From a virus (taxonomy: Duplodnaviria; Caudoviricetes): a DNA stretch of 64,000 nucleotides. Each line of letters opens with the position of its first letter. Within the stretch, counting starts at the first letter, position 1. The stretch covers positions 64,001 through 128,000 of the IMG/VR virus record IMGVR_UViG_3300038530_003085; one strand, 5' to 3'. The notes under the pieces are model-generated. The model made no database searches. It was not told the DNA's origin and saw only the letters and a list, made by a program, of their open reading frames with translations. Below, one piece after another: positions 17,391 through 25,465 of the stretch. A program made the position numbers and the translations under genes.

Positions 17391-18799
17391 TATTTGTTTT
17401 TCCTTTTTATATTTCTGAATTTAGCATATTTGTCTTGTAAGACTTCTCTCTGTTCTTTTGGTGTCAAAGCGACCGGACTAGTCGCTACTGCCGGCACCGG
17501 GCTTGATGGATTTGTCGGTATAACCGTGTTACTTTTTGGTAGAACCTTAATTTTAACACAAGAAGTATCCATGAATATATTATATATCATTCCGTCTGGT
17601 CCATTACGATTTTTTGCAATAAAAATCTTACCAGTATTATTTTGTTTGTCCTCAACAGTGCGGGACACGGACATAATAAAGTCCGCCACAAAGCATTTAT
17701 TAAATGCTTCGGAAATTTGTTCCATTGTGATCACCTCAGCATTAAGACCGGAACGATTCGTTTGTGAGGCAGTCCATATTGGACACTCAAACTCAGACGA
17801 CAAAGCTCTGAGTTCTTCGTAGATTGATTCTAGCTCTGCTCGTTTTTCTTTTCTCACAACAACTGGCTTCAGCAGATCTGCATAATCCACAATAATCATA
17901 CCCGGCACAGTTCCACGCTTCTTAAGCTTAGTCAAGTGAGAACGTATTGAATTGGTAGATGCTGACTTTGTAGGATACTCTTTTACGATTAGACGACCTT
18001 CAATGTCTTTAACAGATTCATAAATCTCTTCTTTAAAAGACATAAGGTTTGAAAGAGGATAACCAGTAATGCAACTATCGTATCTTGAGGCAACAACTGT
18101 GTCTTGCAGTTCCAAGGTGTAATGAACGACGGTCTTGCCTTCAAGCACTGCTTGTGCTCCCAAGTGAACAAGAACCATAGATTTTCCAGCACCGGTGGGT
18201 GCGACAACGACACCCAACTCTTGCATTCCCAAGCCACCACCACAAATTTTATCAATATCGTCCCAACCGGTTGTTATTGGCTTTCGATAACGAGGCTTAA
18301 ATCGTTCTTCAAAATCAGCCAGATAGTCATGACCAAAATTGTTTTCAGAACCTAATATTAATGAGTCATTAATGATTTTAGATATTTCATCAAAAGAGCA
18401 AGTCTGCAGTAGACCTACAGATTTCATCATTGCTTCTTTTAAGTTTTGTTTCCTACAAAAATCAAGCGATGTTTCTTTAACGTAGTCCGCGTCATTATCA
18501 ATATCTTTCGATAGTATTCTCGTAAAGTATTCTTTGACTTGATGAACTACTATTTCTTCTTCATCTTCAAGCTCAGTGTTTAAAATGGTGGCGATTGCAT
18601 TTGATGAGGGATGCGAGCCATAACGCTGTCTGTAGTTGATGATTTTGCTTGAAAACACGCGCAGGTATTCAAGATCTAGAAAGTTAAGATCTAAGACTTC
18701 CGTAATCTGGTCCGCAAACGGTCGATCTTGGTAAATCAGTTGAACTAGGTTTTCTTGAAACGATTTACCATAGTCTGCGAAATTAGGCTTACTCTGCAA
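17390..18799 (-). CDS. dnaB: Replicative helicase (DnaB/T4 gp41-like)
   Basis: Walker A APTGAGKS, YTLEL, IIVDYAD, WTASQTNR, KNRNGP. Confidence 0.92.
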   Translation of the reverse strand: MQSKPNFADYGKSFQENLVQLIYQDRPFADQITEVLDLNFLDLEYLRVFSSKIINYRQRYGSHPSSNAIATILNTELEDEEEIVVHQVKEYFTRILSKDIDNDADYVKETSLDFCRKQNLKEAMMKSVGLLQTCSFDEISKIINDSLILGSENNFGHDYLADFEERFKPRYRKPITTGWDDIDKICGGGLGMQELGVVVAPTGAGKSMVLVHLGAQAVLEGKTVVHYTLELQDTVVASRYDSCITGYPLSNLMSFKEEIYESVKDIEGRLIVKEYPTKSASTNSIRSHLTKLKKRGTVPGMIIVDYADLLKPVVVRKEKRAELESIYEELRALSSEFECPIWTASQTNRSGLNAEVITMEQISEAFNKCFVADFIMSVSRTVEDKQNNTGKIFIAKNRNGPDGMIYNIFMDTSCVKIKVLPKSNTVIPTNPSSPVPAVATSPVALTPKEQREVLQDKYAKFRNIKRKNK

Positions 18800-18820
18800 A
18801 GTTGCTCCCGTCGATTAATA

Positions 18821-18848
18821 AGTATAACTCAATTCGGTGTAAAGTCAA
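18821..18848 (-). promoter_or_regulatory. Sigma70-type promoter TTGACT-16-TATACT upstream of the helicase
   Basis: Minus strand TTGACT(18848-18843), 16 nt, TATACT(18826-18821). Confidence 0.6.
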
Positions 18849-18850
18849 AC

Positions 18851-19822
18851 TTAGAAACAATCAATTTTGATTCGATTCATATTAGTTTTTAAGTCTTCCC
18901 AGTTAAGTTCACCGAAACCATCTTCCATCATTTTCCGATAGATTTCTAACTGGTTGAAATTACATTCAAAGTTCTCAATTGCATTGTCAATAAACGTCTT
19001 AGACTGAATCGAGAGTTGTGGAGAATACAGTTGCATCATTTTGTAATTATGTTCGATCACTTGACGGCCGTCAATAATATTTGTGAAGAATTTTAGTTTA
19101 CTATCTGCATTTTCACAGAATAATATTACATCATCAATCGTATAATCTTTTTCAGATGCTAAGAATGACAATCTTTTCTTTACTGATGTAATGCCAGCAC
19201 CTTTGATACCCGGTAGATTATCGGATGCATCACCAACAATTGAGCGTGCCAAGGCCATATTAGTGGGGTGTACGCCAAAGGTTTCAATAACACGCTTGGT
19301 ATTCATTACTTCATCAACAGTGGGTCGATAAAGAATTGTATCCTCATCGCAAAGCTGAAGGAAATCTTTGTCATTGGAAATAATAACTTTTTGCCATCCA
19401 TCGTAATGACTCATTTTAGTCACATACGCAATAACATCGTCGGCCTCTACCTCTGGAATCATGATCTGAACAATAGGCATCTGGTTAATGTAGTCAATTG
19501 TCCTACTCTGTTGCCAAATCTTATTTTCTGTTATCTGATCGTCAGTTAGATTATTAACAGAACGGTTAAGGCGGAGTGGCTTACGGCCGGCCTTATAATT
19601 TTTGTCCATACTGCGACGTTTTCTAGATCCATTTGGACCGTCCCAGACAATCACAACTGAGTCTGGCTTTGTCATTCTCACAAGTTTCTGAAGAATCTTA
19701 AACGAGCCCTTAATACCGCCGATAGGATCACCATTGGTTGATAGCGACGGGTCCACAATGTAAGCCCTCAGAAACATATTGAGGGCATCAATAATGATGA
19801 CTCTTTTCTTATCTGTTGTCAT
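18851..19822 (-). CDS. 5'-3' exonuclease/flap endonuclease (Pol I N-terminal/T4 RNase H family)
   Basis: IIDALN, VWDG, YKAGR, EADDVI, SNDKDFLQL, GDASDNLPGIKGAG. Confidence 0.93.
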   Translation of the reverse strand: MTTDKKRVIIIDALNMFLRAYIVDPSLSTNGDPIGGIKGSFKILQKLVRMTKPDSVVIVWDGPNGSRKRRSMDKNYKAGRKPLRLNRSVNNLTDDQITENKIWQQSRTIDYINQMPIVQIMIPEVEADDVIAYVTKMSHYDGWQKVIISNDKDFLQLCDEDTILYRPTVDEVMNTKRVIETFGVHPTNMALARSIVGDASDNLPGIKGAGITSVKKRLSFLASEKDYTIDDVILFCENADSKLKFFTNIIDGRQVIEHNYKMMQLYSPQLSIQSKTFIDNAIENFECNFNQLEIYRKMMEDGFGELNWEDLKTNMNRIKIDCF

Positions 19823-20009
19823 AATATTCTCTCCATAATTTATCTCGCATTGAAATAGCCATTGAAATCATATGGTGCAATTTAGCCCACTCAGGATTTT
19901 TTGACAATATCCTCTCAGCTATTTCGCCGGGCTGAGGAAATTCATCCGGTGTCCAATCAAGTGGCACTTTTTCACAAGCACCACAAATATGGTGGTGTGT
20001 CTTCTTCAT
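19809..20009 (-). CDS. Small hypothetical protein
   Basis: ATG 20009 preceded by GGAGGG; HHHICGAC motif; overlaps the exonuclease start. Confidence 0.55.
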   Translation of the reverse strand: MKKTHHHICGACEKVPLDWTPDEFPQPGEIAERILSKNPEWAKLHHMISMAISMRDKLWREYYDNR

Positions 20010-20050
20010 AAAAAAACCCTCCGACTGATTTATTATAACCAATCGGAGGG
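20010..20050 (-). terminator. Rho-independent terminator after recA, overlapping a promoter
   Basis: Minus strand CCCTCCGA...TCGGAGGG followed by T7. Confidence 0.7.
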
Positions 20051-20060
20051 CCAGAGTCAA
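20032..20060 (-). promoter_or_regulatory. Sigma70-type promoter TTGACT-17-TATAAT
   Basis: TTGACT(20060-20055), 17 nt, TATAAT(20037-20032). Confidence 0.75.
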
Positions 20061-20069
20061 GTATTTTCT

Positions 20070-21212
20070 TTACTCTTTTACAGGAACTGATATATCTTCT
20101 GGATCTTCGTAAAACTCTTTTGCGTTCCCTTGCCGCTGATCGAACTTCTGCACGATCTCTTCATCCATTACTTTGAGGACACGATTCCTAAACTCCTGAT
20201 CGGAAGTAATGATACTGGTCCACTTGGATGGTTGAAACTTTTTTGTATATCCGTCAGGAGTGGCGAATGTATACCACGCACCTGCGGAAGTTAGGTGTTC
20301 CGAACCTTTGATTGCATCAAACCAAGACTCCTCATCTCGGATCCCAACATCGTCAGTGCCCCACATGATACGGAAAGCACAAGAGCGACCTTGAGTGCCG
20401 AAACGAGACTTCTCAAGCTTCACCTTAACTTCGGAGCCGATACGGAACCCTCGTTCATCTTCAATAAATGCTGACTTAGCTTTTCGGCCAGTCAACCAAA
20501 TACGAAGTGAATAAGCATAGTGCATCGCCTTACCACCGGGGGTGATATAAGGTGTTGTCATTGCTATTTGTCGGGCCATCGGACCCTGTGGAATATTTGT
20601 CTTCAACTGATTGAGGACAATGAATGTTGCTCGTTTATCCGCAATCGGAATAACAAGCTTTGACATTCCCTTCGCGAGAATGCGGGCTTTGACAGCCATT
20701 GATGATTGAGGATTGAAATCGCCCTCAACATCTGAAATTGATGGTGTGAATGCCAACGAATCCCAAATGAACACTAGTTGTTCGTCGGTTGCACCCAATA
20801 GTTCTTCGATAGTCTCAAGCACAAACTCTACGGAGGAAGCTTGCACATACATAAGGCGATCTAAATCGCAGCCTGCTCGCTCCAAAAACATTGGATCGAT
20901 AGCAGACTCAGAATCAAAATAAACGACCATCTTGCCCGCTTTCTGGGCATTTGCAGCAATCTGCGTTGCCATATAAGACTTACCAGTTGCTTCCAATCCT
21001 GCAATCTCGGTAATCTTGCCAACTGGAATACCAGCTACTTGCCCTTTGGCAATGATAGAATCAAGCCATCGTGAACCAGTTGGAATCCACTCTTTTACAG
21101 CAGTTGGGTTATCACCCGTCAGATTGTGTGCTACATTCTGTCCTGCTTTTTTATTAACAATCTTCATCAAATCTTGCATATCTACACGACCTGCTTTTGT
21201 GGCTTTTGCCAT
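20070..21212 (-). CDS. recA: RecA/UvsX recombinase
   Basis: IPTGS, GKITEIAGLEATGKS, YFDSE, IWDSL, LNQ, TPGGKAMHY; start re-called at ATG 21212 with AAGGAG SD. Confidence 0.95.
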   Translation of the reverse strand: MAKATKAGRVDMQDLMKIVNKKAGQNVAHNLTGDNPTAVKEWIPTGSRWLDSIIAKGQVAGIPVGKITEIAGLEATGKSYMATQIAANAQKAGKMVVYFDSESAIDPMFLERAGCDLDRLMYVQASSVEFVLETIEELLGATDEQLVFIWDSLAFTPSISDVEGDFNPQSSMAVKARILAKGMSKLVIPIADKRATFIVLNQLKTNIPQGPMARQIAMTTPYITPGGKAMHYAYSLRIWLTGRKAKSAFIEDERGFRIGSEVKVKLEKSRFGTQGRSCAFRIMWGTDDVGIRDEESWFDAIKGSEHLTSAGAWYTFATPDGYTKKFQPSKWTSIITSDQEFRNRVLKVMDEEIVQKFDQRQGNAKEFYEDPEDISVPVKE

Positions 21213-21282
21213 TCTAACTCCTTTTGAAATAAAGCAGCAGACTTTGACCGGTCTGCCAGCGGTTTCCCACACACTAGACTAT

Positions 21283-22056
21283 TTACTTATTGCTCATAAG
21301 TTCATCAAACGCTCGATCGACATCACTAGTGGAGCTACCTTTTCCATACGCTGTAGTCTCACTGGACAGAGATTCTGCAGATGATGGGTTTACTAATTGT
21401 TCATCGAGAATCGCGTCGATTTCTTCGGGGGTTTTGCGCTCGAAGAGCGAAGAAAAATCCGGCATACGATCGAGGAGGGCAGGGATCGCTTCTGTATCTT
21501 CTAAAAGTGAAGATGTGTTACGCCGCATTTTCATGCTAGTCTGCGGATAAGCTCCGGGGGCTGTTGGCTTGGTATAGGTGAGTGTAATGTCTGTGCCTTC
21601 TCCAATATCGGTGATATCTCCGTATTCTGGATCAAGAATGTAGCCAAGGAGAAGTTCGTAAGCCTTCTTACCATAACCATAAACCTTGATACCTTCACTC
21701 TCGCGTCCTCGAACAACAACTGGCGAGAAGTAGCGGCCGCGAACAAATAGTGACTTTGCAAGCTTCTTAGCTTCCTCATCATTATTTTCTGTGCCATCCC
21801 TCCATACTGCAGAGGCAAAATCACACACAGGGCAGCGTTCTCCAAAGTTACGCTTCGGACACAAAATACCACCCTTGTGCTCGCCTACATTATAATGAAA
21901 GAACATCTCCTTTAGAGGATCACCATCACTTGTTGGCACGATACGAATATCAGTATCTCCCTCATCTGGTTTAAAAAACAGCGAATCGCCGTCTCGTTGC
22001 CCTTCACCACGCAATGTGGCAAGTTTCTTTCGCATTAGTTCCATATTGATTGACAT
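21283..22056 (-). CDS. Single-stranded DNA-binding protein, T4 gp32-like
   Basis: IRIVP, H...CPKRNFGERCPVC Zn motif, YGYGKK, YGDITD..G, acidic DRAFDEL tail; next to recA. Confidence 0.82.
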   Translation of the reverse strand: MSINMELMRKKLATLRGEGQRDGDSLFFKPDEGDTDIRIVPTSDGDPLKEMFFHYNVGEHKGGILCPKRNFGERCPVCDFASAVWRDGTENNDEEAKKLAKSLFVRGRYFSPVVVRGRESEGIKVYGYGKKAYELLLGYILDPEYGDITDIGEGTDITLTYTKPTAPGAYPQTSMKMRRNTSSLLEDTEAIPALLDRMPDFSSLFERKTPEEIDAILDEQLVNPSSAESLSSETTAYGKGSSTSDVDRAFDELMSNK

Positions 22057-22107
22057 TAGTTTTTCTCCTATTGTTTGTTAAAGTATTCTGTGCGTTCCAC
22101 AGAATCT

Positions 22108-22136
22108 AATGTATCACTCTTGCTCTAGCTTGTCAA
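22108..22136 (-). promoter_or_regulatory. Sigma70-type promoter TTGACA-17-TACATT (extended TG) for ssb/recA
   Basis: TTGACA(22136-22131), 17 nt, TACATT(22113-22108). Confidence 0.65.
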
Positions 22137-22980
22137 GAGTATTTTTGTTTGATTGTGTCGCATTTGTATGGGCCACGACAAACCCAAAGTCTGGTAATTC
22201 TGTTTCATAAATTGAATATGAAATCTTGCGAAAAGCATTCCTTGGCTTACTTTTCAAGATATCCACAAGCTTTTTATGTAGACCCACTTCCCCCTCAAGT
22301 CGGTCAGAATTTATACACATATAATAGCACAATTCTCGCTCCATGTCAAGGTCGTAAAGCCACATTTCAGAAAGTTTTTTCATATCGAGCATTCCTACTG
22401 TGCGGATTCGACTGATCTCGCTTGGCTTCGACATGTTCCCAATATGCGGCTCAGTGTGCTCAAAATAATTTAAATAATGAACAGAAGAATAGATCGTATC
22501 ATTTAGCGTATCATAGTATGTTTTTAAGTTGATAGAGGAGTGAATTTTTTCAATGCTCTCGTTAGAGAAAATTGTAAAACTACGTAACATACCTGAGCGG
22601 GCGTATTCTTGTAGAACACCGAATACCATATTCTCAACTAAACGCGGTATACCGGTTAACAATTCGGTATCAGGTTTAATATAAAAGACATCAATATCTT
22701 TTTCTTTAATCTGCTCAAGAATCCCAAGACTGTAAATAGAACTTAAAGACGCACCGGTAACAAAGACTTGCACACGATCGTGACAATTACTAAAAAATTT
22801 AGTTAAATCTGGTATGTTCTTCTCATAATCTTCTGGTTTTTCATATGATTTTAATTTATATTTTTGCTTGGTATTTTTTTTAATCTTGTCGTTTAACAAA
22901 TAAACATCATACTGGGGGATGCTTTGAAATTTCGTAGCAATGGCTGATGCGGCATTGCCAATTCCAACAATTGAAATCAT
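22114..22980 (-). CDS. Divergent tubulin/FtsZ-like protein with degenerate GTPase signature
   Basis: ISIVGIGNAASAIA (T1 loop), VFVTGASLSS where GGGTGS is expected, YIKP, IFSNE, LNDTI. Confidence 0.6.
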   Translation of the reverse strand: MISIVGIGNAASAIATKFQSIPQYDVYLLNDKIKKNTKQKYKLKSYEKPEDYEKNIPDLTKFFSNCHDRVQVFVTGASLSSIYSLGILEQIKEKDIDVFYIKPDTELLTGIPRLVENMVFGVLQEYARSGMLRSFTIFSNESIEKIHSSINLKTYYDTLNDTIYSSVHYLNYFEHTEPHIGNMSKPSEISRIRTVGMLDMKKLSEMWLYDLDMERELCYYMCINSDRLEGEVGLHKKLVDILKSKPRNAFRKISYSIYETELPDFGFVVAHTNATQSNKNTLDKLEQE

Positions 22981-24170
22981 AACTTAAGCTCCTCAAGATC
23001 ATAAAAGTTCTTTCCGGCGCTTAAGTTAACTTTAAATGTGTCAAGCTTATTACTCGCAAATACAGCCTTAATATCAGGGACAATATTTTTGTCCTCATCC
23101 GCTAAATCAATCACAATCTCATCGTGAATAATGTGTGATACAAAACTCTTTTTGTCGTCTAGCATTTTTGATATTGCCACAGCACGCTCCAGCACCAAAT
23201 CAGACGTTGTGCTTTGAACAATATAACTTAGCGCCCTTCTTCTGTCAATCTCTATTTCTCTACCAAATATCGTTTTAACACTGCCGTTAGCATAGTATTG
23301 ATCAATTATAGAGTTTCTATCATATAGCTCAGACTGAATTACCTCAGATTCTGGGTTGTACAGCCAGCCAAAAAACATCACCTTTGCATCGTCTCTACTA
23401 ATTGATACCTCAGACGAGCTAAAAATATTAGCCATATTCCAAGCGTGAATATCTTCGGACGGCTGTGGTTGTCCAAGAAGCGATAGAACAGTTCTAACTT
23501 CTGCACCATTATAATCCAAGGATAGGAACCAGTCGTTATGTGGCTTTATAATACGCCTAAAATCCTTTTTCATCGTTAGTATGGGGAAAGACCTAGGGTA
23601 AGTGGTAAGGCGGCCTGTGGCAGTGCCAAACAAGTTATAATCAATATATTTGGATCCTTTTAAAATCTTTTGCAAACCAAGCCTGTTGTTGGTTGTAGTA
23701 AACAAGCTCTTGCAGTCTAAAGTGTCAATATTAAGTTCTTGTTCCCCAATATTGTAAATCAATTTGTGAGCATCATTCAAAAAATCGTAGTTTTCAGGCT
23801 TATCATTCATTGCGAAAACATATTCAGTTATCTTGTTTTTTATTTCACAAAAACTTGCCAATGAATCTTCAGGTATTAAGTCAAATATACAATGTTGTGT
23901 CATGTCTAACTTTGCTATCTGAAATGATTTAAAGAATGCCTCCATCTTTTTCATACTTGAGTTTAGTTCTTTCTCAAATTCTGGTGGACATACATCTCTT
24001 AGTGTTCTCCCTTGACAATAAAGCCACGCATACTCAATGTCATCATCTTTGATAGAACCTGAGTATCTCCAAGTTCTTTTTAAGTCTGTAGGAAAATTAT
24101 CAAAGTGTAGTTTTCCATCTTTGTATATGCCGACACATTCAGACTTGTCGTCAAGTGTTTGAAAATACAT
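22977..24170 (-). CDS. polA: Minimal family A DNA polymerase (Pol I core-like)
   Basis: TATGRLT, motif A LSLDYNGAEVR, motif B RDDAKVMFFGWLY, SYIVQST, motif C IHDEIV; only 397 aa. Confidence 0.8.
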   Translation of the reverse strand: MYFQTLDDKSECVGIYKDGKLHFDNFPTDLKRTWRYSGSIKDDDIEYAWLYCQGRTLRDVCPPEFEKELNSSMKKMEAFFKSFQIAKLDMTQHCIFDLIPEDSLASFCEIKNKITEYVFAMNDKPENYDFLNDAHKLIYNIGEQELNIDTLDCKSLFTTTNNRLGLQKILKGSKYIDYNLFGTATGRLTTYPRSFPILTMKKDFRRIIKPHNDWFLSLDYNGAEVRTVLSLLGQPQPSEDIHAWNMANIFSSSEVSISRDDAKVMFFGWLYNPESEVIQSELYDRNSIIDQYYANGSVKTIFGREIEIDRRRALSYIVQSTTSDLVLERAVAISKMLDDKKSFVSHIIHDEIVIDLADEDKNIVPDIKAVFASNKLDTFKVNLSAGKNFYDLEELKL

Positions 24171-25447
24171 TAATAACCCGATGTATTAGTACTAGTTGTA
24201 GAAGTTTCGCTAGCAAAAGTTTCGCTTGAAGTTTCCTCTAGACCTTCGTTTTTAATTTTAACACGATTAAATAAGTCTGTCAAGGAACCACTGTAATTAT
24301 ATGTTTGGCCCACTATCTTTTCAAAACGATTAAGGGCAAAATTCACACCTCTCACCTCAGAGAGCGATATTGTATCTTTTGTTAATTTAAGTATTTCATA
24401 ATCCTCTAAGCCTGCGTTCTCTTCATTGATCCTAAGTTGAATATAGCTCTCTAAACAATAAGTGTCGCTTACGATTTTTTTAAAGTCGTTAAAACTATAA
24501 TTTAGGGTTTCAATTTCTTTTGTGATGGTTGTGCCATCAGCGCACATTTCTCTCTCTAGATACCTCTCTAATTTCATCAGGTTGTAGGCATCATAAATAA
24601 ATCTTTTATAAAACTCAAGATAGTTGAGATATGCTGGGGTATAATTGTTTGATAAGAGTGAGACCGTATTGTTAAAGCCACACGTTTGTTCATTTTTTGC
24701 ATATTCAATCATTTCATCAGATCCAATGTTTGCAATTAGTCTAAATGGATTAGAAGAATCAACAAGGAAACCATATGATCTACAAGTATTTAGGTAAAAT
24801 TTCCAGTTGGGGCTTTGCTTAAAACTTCTAATTTTTTCTTCGTCGTTAGCATAATCAATATCTGCAATTTCAATTACTAATCCACTGACATGAACTGGGC
24901 AAAATCGACTTTTTATAAATCCTGATAGGGTAATTGGTATTTCTTTAGAAATCGCCTGCAGTGAATCATTGAAAAAGGGGATGAATTCTTGAATGTTGGA
25001 AAATTTTCGACTTCTCTCGGACATAGCATTGGTCAAAAAGCTTAATATATTTGTCAAATGTGCATCGTATACCACACGTGGATCGATATATGCTTTTTTA
25101 ACTTCCAGCACACCAAGAAATTGATCATTTGTATTGAGTTCTCCCGATAATGTCTTGGTTAAAAATTTATTATTTAAATCATTGAACGCTTTGACAACAT
25201 AAGGTGCAGCAACAAAATTGTTGTTATTAGTATTAGTATTATTTAGTCCAGCCAGTGGTACGGCGTTTGAATTATAGACTATTGGAACATATGAGTAATT
25301 AACACGGCCGTACAGGTATTTTTCTGCGACCTCGAAATCAATCAGGTTATTGTACTCGTCTTCGCTAATTTCTAAATTGTAAATTTGACTTTTTTGATAT
25401 AAATCTTTAGCGCCTTCTTCATTGCTGCTTTTAAAAAAGAATGACAT
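24170..25447 (-). CDS. Hypothetical protein
   Basis: 425 aa ORF with GAGG SD; stop overlaps the polA start (TAATG). Confidence 0.75.
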   Translation of the reverse strand: MSFFFKSSNEEGAKDLYQKSQIYNLEISEDEYNNLIDFEVAEKYLYGRVNYSYVPIVYNSNAVPLAGLNNTNTNNNNFVAAPYVVKAFNDLNNKFLTKTLSGELNTNDQFLGVLEVKKAYIDPRVVYDAHLTNILSFLTNAMSERSRKFSNIQEFIPFFNDSLQAISKEIPITLSGFIKSRFCPVHVSGLVIEIADIDYANDEEKIRSFKQSPNWKFYLNTCRSYGFLVDSSNPFRLIANIGSDEMIEYAKNEQTCGFNNTVSLLSNNYTPAYLNYLEFYKRFIYDAYNLMKLERYLEREMCADGTTITKEIETLNYSFNDFKKIVSDTYCLESYIQLRINEENAGLEDYEILKLTKDTISLSEVRGVNFALNRFEKIVGQTYNYSGSLTDLFNRVKIKNEGLEETSSETFASETSTTSTNTSGY

Positions 25448-25465
25448 ATTAATAATTCCTCACTG

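Noticed and set aside
20070-21272. Extended N-termini given by the ORF track for recA and several other genes (dut, 38971, 53488, 58844, 59725)
   Set aside because: Downstream ATGs have clear SD sequences and avoid long overlaps or structured leaders
21278-21285. ACTATTTA motif on the plus strand (possible antisense late promoter)
   Set aside because: It coincides with the ssb stop context (TAAATAGT) and leads to no credible ORF, so it is probably chance
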